64,000 nucleotides of DNA from NCBI GenBank assembly GCA_963793425.1, contig CAWCAG010000007.1, positions 992,001 through 1,056,000 on the forward strand, in the 5' to 3' direction. The translations under genes and the position numbers were made by a program. Each line of letters begins with the position of its first letter. The stretch's first letter is position 1. This stretch comes from an uncultured cyanobacterium. GTDB taxonomy: Bacteria > Cyanobacteriota > Cyanobacteriia > Cyanobacteriales > CAWCAG01. Below are positions 19,933 to 30,224 of the stretch, in pieces. The notes beneath the pieces were generated by a model. The model did no database searches. It was not told where the DNA came from and saw only the letters and a program-made list of their open reading frames with translations.

Positions 19933-21840
19933 TTAGCGATTAGCAACTTTCCACCGATTTTTAGTTTCCAAATAAACCAATAAAGCATTAATATCAGCCG
20001 GGTTAACCCCTCCAATTCTAGAAGCTTGCCCTACAGTTAAGGGTCTAACTTTGGTTAGTTTTTCTCTTGCTTCCATAGACAAAGTTTCTAAATTCATATA
20101 ATCTAAATTATCAGCTAATTTACGATTACTATGGCGGTTCACTTGTTCGATTTGATTCTCCTGCCGCTTAATATAACCGGAATATTTAATATCAATTTCT
20201 GCCCCTTCCTTTTCTGCTTGATTTAATTCAAGGTTTCCTAAACCATAACTAGCTAAATCTTGATGATGAAAACCAGGGCGACGCAATAACTCAGCTAAGG
20301 TAATAGAACCTTTGATTTTTTGTTGAGTATCAGTTGCGATCGCAACACCAACTTGATCTCTTTCTTTCACTCTGGTGCTGTGCAACCGTTCCTTTTCCGC
20401 AATAATATTTGCTTGTTTGCGTTGAAACATTTCCCAACGCTGGTCATCAATCAAGCCAATCTCTTTACCTACCGGCGTTAGACGTTGATCTGCATTATCT
20501 GAACGCAGCAGCAGGCGATACTCGGATCTACTAGTTAACATCCGGTAAGGTTCCCGTAAATCTTTGGTACAGAGATCATCAATCAAAGTACCGATATAGC
20601 TTTGTTCACGGGGGAAGATGAGCATTTCTTGTCCTTTAGCAAACTGTGTTGCATTAATACCTGCAACTATACCTTGGGCGGCAGCCTCTTCATAACCAGT
20701 TGTACCATTAATTTGTCCGGCTGCAAACAAACCCTCAATTTTTTTGGTCATTAAGGTAGGATAACATTGGGTTGCTGGTAGGTAATCGTATTCTACTGCA
20801 TAGGCGGGGCGTAGCATGGCACATTGTTCTAAACCAGGGAGAGTATGCAACATTTCTAGTTGCAACTTTTCTGGTAAACCTGTTGAGAAACCTTGGATGT
20901 AGAGTTCCGGAATTTCTCTACCTTCGGGTTCAATAAAAATTTGGTGACTTTCTTTATCTGCAAAGCGAACAATTTTATCTTCAATGCTGGGACAATAACG
21001 TGGCCCTTTAGAGTCGATGAAACCACCGTAAATTGGGGAAAGATGTAAGTTATCTTTAATCAATTTATGGGTATCGGCAGTGGTACGAGTTAAGTAACAA
21101 GGCATTTGTTCTCTTTCTACCCACACTTGGGGGTCAAAACTAAACCAACGCACCTCTGCATCCCCCGGTTGCAGTTCCATTTTACTATAATCAACAGAAC
21201 GCTTATCAACCCGTGCCGGAGTTCCTGTTTTTAATCTCCCGGTTTCAAAACCCAGACGGTTAAGAGTATCTGTTAAACCCACTGCGGCAAACTCCCCTGC
21301 CCTTCCTGCCGCCATAGATTTACCACCAATCCAAATTTTCCCACCTAAAAAAGTTCCCGTTGTTATAACAACGGCTTTGGTTTGGAAACAAGTACCGAAA
21401 TAAGTCTCAACCCCCACTACCTCATCGTTTTTTCCTAAAATGAGGTCTGTTACCATAGCTTCTCGGATAGTTAAATTAGCTTGGTTTTCAATAATCTCCT
21501 TCATTATTGCTGCATATTCCCGTTTATCGGTTTGGGCCCGCAATGCCCTAACCGCAGGTCCCCGTGAGGAGTTGAGGACGCGCTTTTGTAAATAGGTACG
21601 ATCAGCCATTTTGCCAATTTCTCCCCCCAAGGCATCTACTTCATGGGTTAATTGGGACTTTGCTGGACCACCAACGGCAGGGTTGCAAGGTTGCCAAGCA
21701 ATTTTATCTAAGTTCAAGGTTAGCATCATTGTACGGCAACCAAGACGGGCTGAGGCCAACGCAGCTTCACAACCGGAATGCCCTGCGCCGACGATAATGA
21801 CATCAAAGGAGTCTTGGAATTCTATTGAGGAAGTTGTCAT
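19933..21840 (-). CDS. mnmG: tRNA uridine-5-carboxymethylaminomethyl modification enzyme
   Basis: [50 protein letters not shown]. Confidence 0.98.
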   Translation of the reverse strand: MTTSSIEFQDSFDVIIVGAGHSGCEAALASARLGCRTMMLTLNLDKIAWQPCNPAVGGPAKSQLTHEVDALGGEIGKMADRTYLQKRVLNSSRGPAVRALRAQTDKREYAAIMKEIIENQANLTIREAMVTDLILGKNDEVVGVETYFGTCFQTKAVVITTGTFLGGKIWIGGKSMAAGRAGEFAAVGLTDTLNRLGFETGRLKTGTPARVDKRSVDYSKMELQPGDAEVRWFSFDPQVWVEREQMPCYLTRTTADTHKLIKDNLHLSPIYGGFIDSKGPRYCPSIEDKIVRFADKESHQIFIEPEGREIPELYIQGFSTGLPEKLQLEMLHTLPGLEQCAMLRPAYAVEYDYLPATQCYPTLMTKKIEGLFAAGQINGTTGYEEAAAQGIVAGINATQFAKGQEMLIFPREQSYIGTLIDDLCTKDLREPYRMLTSRSEYRLLLRSDNADQRLTPVGKEIGLIDDQRWEMFQRKQANIIAEKERLHSTRVKERDQVGVAIATDTQQKIKGSITLAELLRRPGFHHQDLASYGLGNLELNQAEKEGAEIDIKYSGYIKRQENQIEQVNRHSNRKLADNLDYMNLETLSMEAREKLTKVRPLTVGQASRIGGVNPADINALLVYLETKNRWKVANR

Positions 21841-21945
21841 AGGTTAAGTAAAATAGTATTTATGTGTAAAAATGTGAGTTTAAAAAAGAAACTCCGAGAG
21901 ACTATATTTTATATTTACAGATATTTGAAATCCCTGAAAAACAAA

Positions 21946-21979
21946 TCTTGTCAAGTTCTTGACGTTTTCTATCTATATT
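21946..21979 (+). promoter_or_regulatory. Direct-repeat regulator box 1 plus -10
   Basis: TCTTGTCAAGTTCTTGAC-N10-TATATT. Confidence 0.75.
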
Positions 21980-22016
21980 AAAGCCACCAATTATATATTG
22001 AGGGGAGGCAAGCCTA

Positions 22017-22904
22017 TTGAAACGTCGTAAATTATTAATCCTTACTTCTGTGGGCGGACTAGGATTAGCTTTGGCATCTCATAAGTATTTAACAGCTCAA
22101 GATCCTCTCTCTTTAGAAAGCTGCCCCGACATAGCTTCAGAAAAATCTTTACCCCTATTGCGTTTTGCCGCTCTCGGCGACATAGGGACAGGAGATGAGA
22201 AGCAATATAAAGTAGCTAAAATTATGAGTTGTTACTTTAAGCTTAATCCATTTTCTCTGGTTCTCTTGGCAGGAGATAATATTTATAGAAATGGTGAAAT
22301 AAAAAAAATTGCTGCCACCTTTGAAAAACCCTACCATGAGCTTTTACAGCAAAACGTAAACTTTTATGCTGTCCTTGGCAATCACGATATTCGTAGCAAC
22401 AACGGCATCCCTCAAATTCGTTATCCTGGGTTCAATATGCAGGGACGCTACTATAGTTTTACTCGCGGCCCAGTACAGTTTTTTGCCCTTAATAGTAACC
22501 CAGAAGCAGGTTGGTCAAAGCAGTTGGTCTGGTTAGAAGAAAAATTGGCCGAGTCTCAACAACCCTGGAAAGTAGTATTTGGACACCATCAAATGTATTC
22601 TTCGGGTAAATATGGAGTCAATCAAGAATTAATTGAGCGCCTAAAACCTTTGTTTTCTCGCTATAATGTTCAGCTTTATATTAACGGTCACGAACACCAC
22701 TATGAAAGGACTCAGCCCATTAAAGGCACAACCTATTTAACCTGTGGTGCTGGTGCTAAACTACGTCCAGTAGGTGAGTCAGATTGGACAGCCCATGCTG
22801 TTTCTAGATTAAGCTTTGCAGGAGTTGAAGTTTATTCAGATCGTTTAGAAATTTGTGGGATAGGTACTGACGGACAAGTATTTGATCGGGGGATTATATC
22901 CTAG
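22017..22904 (+). CDS. Exported metallophosphoesterase (calcineurin-like, acid-phosphatase type)
   Basis: Tat-like KRRKLL leader; GDIG, GDNIY, GNHD, GHH, GHEHHYER motifs. Confidence 0.88.
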   Translation: MKRRKLLILTSVGGLGLALASHKYLTAQDPLSLESCPDIASEKSLPLLRFAALGDIGTGDEKQYKVAKIMSCYFKLNPFSLVLLAGDNIYRNGEIKKIAATFEKPYHELLQQNVNFYAVLGNHDIRSNNGIPQIRYPGFNMQGRYYSFTRGPVQFFALNSNPEAGWSKQLVWLEEKLAESQQPWKVVFGHHQMYSSGKYGVNQELIERLKPLFSRYNVQLYINGHEHHYERTQPIKGTTYLTCGAGAKLRPVGESDWTAHAVSRLSFAGVEVYSDRLEICGIGTDGQVFDRGIIS

Positions 22905-22919
22905 TTACAAGAGAATGCC

Positions 22920-23600
22920 ATGAGGATTTTATTAGTAGAAGATGATGATCGCATTGCCAAACCCTTAGCAGAAGCTTTAAAAAACGAACATCACCTAGTC
23001 GAAATAGCTGGGGATGGTATTGAGGGTTGGGAATATGCTCAAGGGGCTGAATATGACCTAATTCTCTTGGATTTGATGCTACCAAAATTAGATGGCATTG
23101 AACTGTGTAAGCGATTGCGAAAGGCTAAATCCCAGGCCTTAATTTTGATGCTCACGGCTAGAGATACTATAGATGATAAGGTAATCGGGCTAGATGCTGG
23201 GGCAGATGACTATTTGGTAAAACCATTCAAAGTCAAAGAATTAGCGGCAAGAATCAGGGCTTTATCCCGTAGAAATCATGAACTCAAACCACCCATTATT
23301 AGTTACCAGGAATTACAACTAAATCCCAGTACGGGGGAAGTAACCTATGAAGGTAATTTGCTTTTGCTAACCCCCAAAGAATATTTAATCTTAGAATACT
23401 TTTTACACCATCCTAAACAAATTTTAACCCGTTCAGCTATTCTTGATAAGCTCTGGGAGTTTGACAAATCTTCGGGAGAAGGGACTATTAAAACCCATAT
23501 TACCAACCTGCGCTCAAAGCTAAAAGCAGTAGGAAGTAAAGGCAATTTGATTGAAACTGTTTATGGTATTGGTTATCGTTTGGGGTCATTAGAAAATTAG
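22920..23600 (+). CDS. OmpR-family response regulator
   Basis: MRILLVEDD, LDLMLP, GADDYLVKPF, IETVYGIGY. Confidence 0.95.
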   Translation: MRILLVEDDDRIAKPLAEALKNEHHLVEIAGDGIEGWEYAQGAEYDLILLDLMLPKLDGIELCKRLRKAKSQALILMLTARDTIDDKVIGLDAGADDYLVKPFKVKELAARIRALSRRNHELKPPIISYQELQLNPSTGEVTYEGNLLLLTPKEYLILEYFLHHPKQILTRSAILDKLWEFDKSSGEGTIKTHITNLRSKLKAVGSKGNLIETVYGIGYRLGSLEN

Positions 23601-23612
23601 CGGCTGGCTATT

Positions 23613-24869
23613 GTGTTTGAAAAAATTCGCTATCGTTTATTTCTATCTAACCTACTAGTCTTGGCTTTAGTGTTGACAGGTTTTGCTTTCGTAGTGCGTC
23701 TTGTTTTCATTCGCAACCTCAAACAGCAGCAAACTGAGCAATTAATAGCTTTAGCCCAAGCAGCAGCCGCAAGCACTGAATTTGATAGGGGATATTTAGA
23801 ATCGGAAGCAAAATTTTCTTTACAACAACTAAAAGATCGCCAGCAAGCTTTTCAATGGTTCGATTCCCAAGGCAAGTTAGTTGAACAACAGGGCGATCGC
23901 CTCTACATTCCTACTTTACCCCTTGAAGACGAGCAAACTGTTCAAACTCAAACCGATAAAATTAGGCTTCAGGTAGTAACTTTACCAATCATTGGCAGAG
24001 CTACTAAGCGGTCAATTGGCTATATCCGCGTCAGTCAGTCCCTAGAAGAAATTGATGAAACTATCTCTCGACTAGATGTAGGCTTAGCTGTGGGGGCAAT
24101 AGTTGCTATCGTCCTGAGTAGTTTGGGTAGCAGTTGGCTTAACCATCAAGCAATGCAGCCCATTGAAGAAAGCTTTGAACGCCTCAAACAGTTTACTGCC
24201 GATGCTTCCCACGAACTACGAAGTCCCTTGATGGCAATTAGCACCAATGCAGAAGTGGCTTTAACTTATGCAGAAGGAATGCGAGCTAGCGATGGTGAAA
24301 AATTTCAGGCGATCGCATCAGCAATCGACCAAATGTCTAAGCTTACAGAAGATTTGTTACTTTTGGCACGAACCGACAGAGTTAGCGACTCTGAGTTTAA
24401 AAGAGTCAATCTTACTACTTTGCTAACAGCCTTAGTTAACTTGTACAAACCCCAAGCACAAGCTAAACAAATTGAACTTAAAACTAAAATTGACAATGAT
24501 TTATGGTTAATGGGAGATGAAGCTAAATTAACACGGGCCTTTACTAATTTAATTCAAAATGCTATTCAGTATACTTCTGATGGCGGAGAAGTTGAAGTTA
24601 TTGGCGATCATGTTGCTGGAGAACTTCAGGTGACAGTAGCAGATACGGGGATCGGCATTTCAAGGGAACATCTTGAGCTAGTTTTTGAGCGATTATGGCG
24701 GGCAGACGGATCTCGCTCTTATTATGAGGGAGGGTCAGGTTTGGGTTTGGCAATTACCCAAGGGATTATTCGCAACCATCGGGGAACAATTACTGTTACT
24801 AGCCAGCTAAATGTTGGCAGTCGTTTTGTTGTGTGTTTACCTGCTAGTGCAATCAATCTAAATTCTTGA
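23613..24869 (+). CDS. Two-TM sensor histidine kinase
   Basis: FTADASHELRSPL, NLIQNAIQYT, DTGIGI, GGSGLGL. Confidence 0.95.
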   Translation: MFEKIRYRLFLSNLLVLALVLTGFAFVVRLVFIRNLKQQQTEQLIALAQAAAASTEFDRGYLESEAKFSLQQLKDRQQAFQWFDSQGKLVEQQGDRLYIPTLPLEDEQTVQTQTDKIRLQVVTLPIIGRATKRSIGYIRVSQSLEEIDETISRLDVGLAVGAIVAIVLSSLGSSWLNHQAMQPIEESFERLKQFTADASHELRSPLMAISTNAEVALTYAEGMRASDGEKFQAIASAIDQMSKLTEDLLLLARTDRVSDSEFKRVNLTTLLTALVNLYKPQAQAKQIELKTKIDNDLWLMGDEAKLTRAFTNLIQNAIQYTSDGGEVEVIGDHVAGELQVTVADTGIGISREHLELVFERLWRADGSRSYYEGGSGLGLAITQGIIRNHRGTITVTSQLNVGSRFVVCLPASAINLNS

Positions 24870-24934
24870 TAGAAATACTGGCACTGTAGCAAATCGCTCA
24901 TAGGCTTATTTACATATTTAAAAAAACTCTAACT

Positions 24935-25636
24935 ATGCAATCTTGGTTACTCAAACTAGCTCATTTTTGGCTCCACAAAGTTAATCCTCAAATAGTTTCT
25001 TTAATTGCCACAATTGGTACAGCAGGACTGTTTATCTGCTTGGCAATTATCTATATTTTGGCCAAACTTTCTGAAGATATATTAGAACAGGAAGCCTTTA
25101 GTTTTGATAAAACTATTTTGCTCTGGATACATCAGTTTGCCAATCCCACCTTAGATACGCTCATGGTTAATATCACACGGTTGGGAAATCCCAACATAGT
25201 CGTATGTATAGCCTTGTTAGTTTTGGCAATACTTTGGTGGCAGCATTACCGTCAAGAAGCTAAAATTTTCTTTCTTAACTGTTTAGGAGGGGTGATTCTT
25301 AGCTACGGATTAAAGTTAGCTTTTAGCAGAACTCGTCCCCAACTCTGGAAGCTATTAATTTCTGAGACTTCTTATAGTTATCCTAGCGGCCATGCCTTGG
25401 GTTCAATAGTAATATATGGTTTTTTGAGCTATTTGCTAGCAACTCATTATCCCAAATATGCCAAAATATTTTACTTTGTCGCTGCAATATTAATTCTGGC
25501 AATAGGTTTAAGCCGACTCTACTTAGGGGTACATTGGCCAACAGATGTAATTGCTGGCTATGGAGTAGGGTTTTTATGGATTACTTTCTGTATTACAATG
25601 CTAAACTTGCAAAAAACCAAGTCACTTTCTACTTAG
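24935..25636 (+). CDS. PAP2-family phosphatase (undecaprenyl-pyrophosphate phosphatase-like)
   Basis: K....R.RP, SYPSGHA, SRLYLGVHWPTDV. Confidence 0.9.
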   Translation: MQSWLLKLAHFWLHKVNPQIVSLIATIGTAGLFICLAIIYILAKLSEDILEQEAFSFDKTILLWIHQFANPTLDTLMVNITRLGNPNIVVCIALLVLAILWWQHYRQEAKIFFLNCLGGVILSYGLKLAFSRTRPQLWKLLISETSYSYPSGHALGSIVIYGFLSYLLATHYPKYAKIFYFVAAILILAIGLSRLYLGVHWPTDVIAGYGVGFLWITFCITMLNLQKTKSLST

Positions 25637-25662
25637 AAAAAATTCACAGGATTTTTATTTTT

Positions 25663-25957
25663 ATGAGCATTAAACTTGCAAAAATACGTCAATGGCATCG
25701 CCTACTTGCCCCAATTATGGTGTTGCCAATTTTACTTACTTTGATTACGGGAGTTATTTATCAAATTGGAGAATTAGGAGGCTTTGAAGACCAAATTGGT
25801 TGGGCAATTCACTGGCATAAGGGTGACTTTGGCTATATCGATTTGCAAAAAAATTATCCTTTTTTTTAATGGGGCTGGATTGTTATTTTTGGCTGTAACG
25901 GGTATCTCAATATGGTGGAAAACGCGACGTGTTTCTAGAGGTAACTCAAGAAGTTGA
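25663..25957 (+). pseudogene. Small PepSY-TM-like membrane protein with a +1 frameshift in a T8 run
   Basis: MSIKLAKIRQWHRLLAPIMVLP..HWHKGDFG..YPFF; removing one T at 25860-25867 continues NGAGLLFLAVTGISIWW to TGA at 25957. Confidence 0.7.
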
Positions 25958-26017
25958 TACCGATATTTTTAGTTGGGCGATCGCTTTTCCCATAAAAGTA
26001 GGTAAAGTTGGTAAAAA

Positions 26018-26051
26018 TCTTGCTAAGTTCTTGACATTTAATTCTTAAATT
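26018..26051 (+). promoter_or_regulatory. Direct-repeat regulator box 2 plus -10
   Basis: TCTTGCTAAGTTCTTGAC-N10-TAAATT. Confidence 0.75.
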
Positions 26052-26116
26052 AAGGTGTCTAATATTTGAAGACTTATTGTCAAAAGCAACTTCTTTACTT
26101 AGCAAGGATTTAAACG

Positions 26117-26902
26117 ATGAACAAAAATAATTTACAGGAACATAATTTAGGATTAAACAGGGTTCCAGAAGTTACACTTTACTTCTGGATTATTAAAATT
26201 ATGGCAACCACTGTAGGGGAAACTGGGGCAGATTTTTTGGCCTTTACCTTAAACTTTGGTTTAAGCCTTACATCCTATATTATGAGCGGTTTGTTAGTAA
26301 TCGCTCTTTTTAACCAGTTTAAACTTAAACGTTATATCCCAGTGAGTTACTGGCTTGTGGTTGTTTTAATTAGTATTGTTGGCACGTTAATTACTGATCG
26401 ATTAGTAGATGAGATGGGTGTTAGTTTACCAGCAATTACGATAATTTTTAGTCTTGTTTTGTTGGCCGTTTTTGGCTTTTGGTATTCCAGTGAACGAACA
26501 TTAGCTATGCACTCTATCAAAACAGCTAAAAGAGAACTTTTCTATTGGGGAGCTATTTTACTAACATTTGCCTTGGGTACGGCAGCAGGAGACCTCTTAG
26601 CAGAGGGTTTAAGTTGGGGTTATGGGCTATCAGCACTTTTATTTGGTGCTTCAATTGCCGTAATAGCTATCGGTTATTATCAGTTCCGGATGAATGCAGT
26701 TTTAGCATTCTGGCTTGCCTACATTTTGACTCGTCCCTTGGGAGCATCTATTGGTGATTTACTCTCACAACCTGTTAAACAAGGTGGACTCGGTTTCGGT
26801 ACAGTTGGAACTACCATTGCCTTTACTACTACAATTGCAATCTTAATTATTTACTTAACCGTTAAGCAGAAGAAAGTACTTCAATCAACTAAACTTCCAT
26901 AG
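26117..26902 (+). CDS. COG4705 / DUF347 membrane protein, paralog 1
   Basis: NRVPEVTLYFWIIKIMATTVGETGAD, FALGTAAGD, YILTRPLGASIGD. Confidence 0.85.
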   Translation: MNKNNLQEHNLGLNRVPEVTLYFWIIKIMATTVGETGADFLAFTLNFGLSLTSYIMSGLLVIALFNQFKLKRYIPVSYWLVVVLISIVGTLITDRLVDEMGVSLPAITIIFSLVLLAVFGFWYSSERTLAMHSIKTAKRELFYWGAILLTFALGTAAGDLLAEGLSWGYGLSALLFGASIAVIAIGYYQFRMNAVLAFWLAYILTRPLGASIGDLLSQPVKQGGLGFGTVGTTIAFTTTIAILIIYLTVKQKKVLQSTKLP

Positions 26903-26993
26903 CAGCTAAGTAAAAAACAGCTTCTGACCTTTTTTGTTCTCGATTTCTTAAAAGTCTCTTCAAAATCCTCCTTATTTCATAAATCGCTTCATT

Positions 26994-27027
26994 TCTTGCC
27001 AAGTTCTTGACATTTTTTATCTAAAGT
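26994..27027 (+). promoter_or_regulatory. Direct-repeat regulator box 3 plus -10
   Basis: TCTTGCCAAGTTCTTGAC-N10-TAAAGT. Confidence 0.75.
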
Positions 27028-27061
27028 TTAAGTATCAAAACTTATAAAGATTTTAACTGTC

Positions 27062-27406
27062 ATGAAAAGTTCTCTTCTTAAAAAAATCTTGTCTGCTGTA
27101 TCTATTTCAGCCACCCTCTCTTTATTTAGTAGTTTACCTGTTTTAGCTCAGGTAAAAGATATAACTACGCTTAACCACTCCATCACACCCTTTTCTTTAG
27201 TATCTCAGGCTCAAGAAGGACGCTTACAAAAGCAAGGAATTCCTGGTTATGGAGCTTTAGCCACTAAATATATGCTGCATCAGGTAACTGCTGAAAGTTT
27301 AGTTCAAGCAGGAATTGATGCTCATTTGATTCCTCCTCAAACTTTACAAGATAGAGGCTATATAAATGCTGTTAATTCTCAGCTTCAGCAGAGAATAAAT
27401 GATTAA
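27062..27406 (+). CDS. Small secreted hypothetical protein
   Basis: Sec signal ending PVLA-Q; PFSLV..A.EG....QGIPGY. Confidence 0.75.
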   Translation: MKSSLLKKILSAVSISATLSLFSSLPVLAQVKDITTLNHSITPFSLVSQAQEGRLQKQGIPGYGALATKYMLHQVTAESLVQAGIDAHLIPPQTLQDRGYINAVNSQLQQRIND

Positions 27407-27449
27407 GAAATTTAATTTATAATCCTTCATTTAGCAAGTAAGAAAAATA

Positions 27450-28187
27450 GTGAATAAACTGCCACAAATCACCGCTTTTTTCTGGATCATGAAAATATGT
27501 GCAACTACTCTAGGAGAAACCGCAGGGGATCTTTTATCAATGACTTTAAATGTGGGCTATGCAGTTAGTTCAATAATCTTGATTGGAGTGTTTTTAACTA
27601 CTCTTGCGACTCAATTAGTTTCAAAAAGCTATAACCCCTTACTTTATTGGACTGTCATTCTTTCAACTAGTACCGCAGGTACAACTATCTCAGATTATAT
27701 GAATCGTACTTTAGGACTTGGTTATGCTAAAGGATCGATAATTTTAATCACTATTCTTTTGGCAATTTTAGCATTCTGGCAATTTAGTATCGGCTCTTTA
27801 TCAGTTACTAATATCAAAACTTTTAAAGTTGAGTTACTTTATTGGAGTGCAATTCTCTTTTCAAATACTTTAGGTACTTCTTTAGGAGATTTTCTAGCTG
27901 ATAGTTCTGGACTTGGATTTGCAGGGGGAGCAATCCTAATTGCCAGTTTACTTACTTTGGTGTTGGCAGCGCATTATTATACTCAAATTTCTGTAGTTAT
28001 CTTGTTTTGGATTGCCTTTGTTTTAACTCGGCCACTTGGTGCAACAGTAGGAGATTTTCTGACCAAAACATCTGACAAAGGTGGGCTTGGTTATGGTACA
28101 ATCGGCTCCTCTATAGTCCTGGCCTCAATACTAGGAGTTTGTATTATTTTTACAACTTTAAGACAGAGAAGAAAAGAAGCCGTTTAA
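27450..28187 (+). CDS. COG4705 / DUF347 membrane protein, paralog 2
   Basis: NKLPQITAFFWIMKICATTLGETAGD, NTLGTSLGD, FVLTRPLGATVGD. Confidence 0.85.
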   Translation: MNKLPQITAFFWIMKICATTLGETAGDLLSMTLNVGYAVSSIILIGVFLTTLATQLVSKSYNPLLYWTVILSTSTAGTTISDYMNRTLGLGYAKGSIILITILLAILAFWQFSIGSLSVTNIKTFKVELLYWSAILFSNTLGTSLGDFLADSSGLGFAGGAILIASLLTLVLAAHYYTQISVVILFWIAFVLTRPLGATVGDFLTKTSDKGGLGYGTIGSSIVLASILGVCIIFTTLRQRRKEAV

Positions 28188-28238
28188 AAAAAAGTTGTTG
28201 ATGTTTGTTTAGTTTCTTTTTGTAATTCTAGTGTTAAT

Positions 28239-30059
28239 TTATTTACTAGTTTCCCTTAGTTTCAAAACCTTGCTTTTTGAAGACATATTAAGTCTCAAGA
28301 TTTGTATTTCGCACCATCGTAATCCTTTTTCTAATTCAGGAAAAGCCTTGGTTATTTTCTCCTCTTCATCCCAAGCTTTTCCTTGAATTAATAAGTTTTT
28401 GATAGTTAAATTAAAGTTAGTGAAAAGCAAGTTAACTTTATGGTTTTGAGCAAGCTTAAATATTTTAGCGAAACTTAGTACAGCAGAAGAATCGAGACTA
28501 TCAACAGCAGTAAAATCGAAAATAATAAAATTCACCTGGGGTACTTCAGTAGCTGCGAATCGCTGGCGAACTTTCTTAAGTAAGTTATTAGCTGTACCGA
28601 AAAAGATTGCTCCTTGAAGTTGAAGAATATAAATTTGTTGTTTTTGTTCTGTGGTTAGCTCACTTAATTTCAGATAATCTTGACCGGAAAATTCTTGCTT
28701 GACAATCTCAATTTTACTGTAATTAATAGCAAATAAAAGCACAGCTAAAGAAAAGCCAACTAATACCCCTTCTAAAAAGCCAATGGTATTAATGATAATG
28801 ACGATAGCTACAATAATTAGATATTCAGGCAAAGGAAATTTAAACCAAGCTTGGTATAGCCATTTCACAGACAAATCTAAACCCAGATAAAACAGTAAAC
28901 TGCCAATAATTGGTTTAGGAAAAACAGCCAAAAAGGAAGAACCAAGTAATAAGACGGCGGCGCAAGGAATGGTTTTAAAAACTCCTGCTAAGCGATTATT
29001 TGCTCCCATTTTATAGACTAAAATGGTACTTGGTAAAGCTTGGTTGCCTACCATGCCACTTCCTAAACCAGCAGCAATGTTAGCTAATCCTACAGCTTGC
29101 AATTCTTGGTTAAGATCCACTTCTTTATCTATGGCTAACTCAATACCACTGTTAGTTAACACCAAAGAGATTAAGCTAATCAACATTACTGTAGCAATAG
29201 TGGCTGCTTGACTGGCGATAATTGAGAAATCCACTTGCTGCAAAGTCCTCCAGGTTAAGGGTTGCCACAACTCACCTTCAGGAAATGGCCCTAATAACCA
29301 TCCTCCTGCCCTGGCTTCAACCAAGGAAGTGTTGGTAAGAAAAAGGATCAGGTAAAAGATTCCGGTAGCAGCCAGCATTATCCCTGGCATAACGAGGAAA
29401 TGCTGGTAATACTTAAAAACAACGAGCAAAATCAGCCCCAGAATTAAGCCAGAAAGCCATTGCCAAAGAATATCTCCTTGGCACAACAAAGGGAGATTAA
29501 CCCAGGTAAGATGTTCCCCCGTTAGCACCTGAATTGCCCCGCGAATTAGTAAACATCCAGTCCCAGCCATAAATCCTCCCACTACGGGATAGGGAATGAA
29601 TTGGATGGCTTTACCAAGGTGTAGTTTACCCAAAATAAATAAGAAAAGTCCTGTCAGCAGAGAACTAATGGCAATAGCAGCAACTACAGTTACCAAAATT
29701 TCATCCTCTGTTCCTGCTGTCATATTTTGCGCGATCGCCCCTGCTAAAATAGCTAAAATAGCTGTAGGTGCAGCTAAGGGGGTAGCAATCATACCAGGAA
29801 GAGAACTCAGCAAAGCTACAACAATACTAATGGCGGCTGTACTAAAGACAGCAATACCGACTCCGATAGTGAGATGATCAGAAAGACTACCAGAAAAAAT
29901 CAAGGCAGCATAGGAGATAGCGCGAATTACTCCAATTACCCCTGTAAGCAAACCTGCTATTAAACTAGGAATTAATTTGCTAGGATGCAACTCTGCAATG
30001 AGGATAGACTTTTCCTGGGGTTTTTGTTGTTCGCTCAGTACCGTTTCTAATTGTGTCAT
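28239..30059 (-). CDS. SulP family anion transporter with STAS domain
   Basis: FIPYPVVGGFMAG, ELQAVGLANI, LQGAIFFGTAN, DFTAVDSLDSSA. Confidence 0.9.
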   Translation of the reverse strand: MTQLETVLSEQQKPQEKSILIAELHPSKLIPSLIAGLLTGVIGVIRAISYAALIFSGSLSDHLTIGVGIAVFSTAAISIVVALLSSLPGMIATPLAAPTAILAILAGAIAQNMTAGTEDEILVTVVAAIAISSLLTGLFLFILGKLHLGKAIQFIPYPVVGGFMAGTGCLLIRGAIQVLTGEHLTWVNLPLLCQGDILWQWLSGLILGLILLVVFKYYQHFLVMPGIMLAATGIFYLILFLTNTSLVEARAGGWLLGPFPEGELWQPLTWRTLQQVDFSIIASQAATIATVMLISLISLVLTNSGIELAIDKEVDLNQELQAVGLANIAAGLGSGMVGNQALPSTILVYKMGANNRLAGVFKTIPCAAVLLLGSSFLAVFPKPIIGSLLFYLGLDLSVKWLYQAWFKFPLPEYLIIVAIVIIINTIGFLEGVLVGFSLAVLLFAINYSKIEIVKQEFSGQDYLKLSELTTEQKQQIYILQLQGAIFFGTANNLLKKVRQRFAATEVPQVNFIIFDFTAVDSLDSSAVLSFAKIFKLAQNHKVNLLFTNFNLTIKNLLIQGKAWDEEEKITKAFPELEKGLRWCEIQILRLNMSSKSKVLKLRETSK

Positions 30060-30224
30060 TGGTTTTTGAGCCGAGTTTCCTTGTTTCCAACATTTTTAAT
30101 TTTACATTTTTAATTTAGACTTCCCTAAAGCAATTCTGATTTTGTCTCTTTCTTTTCTAGGGATGTTTGCTATAGCTTATGGCTATGTGCTGGGGTTAAG
30201 TATTTATCAACGGCGTTAATTCAT

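Noticed and set aside
24853..24870. Fourth regulator box before the PAP2 gene (TCAATCTAAATTCTTGAT)
   Set aside because: First half-site is degenerate, it overlaps the kinase stop codon, and there is no TANNNT at the 10-nt spacing
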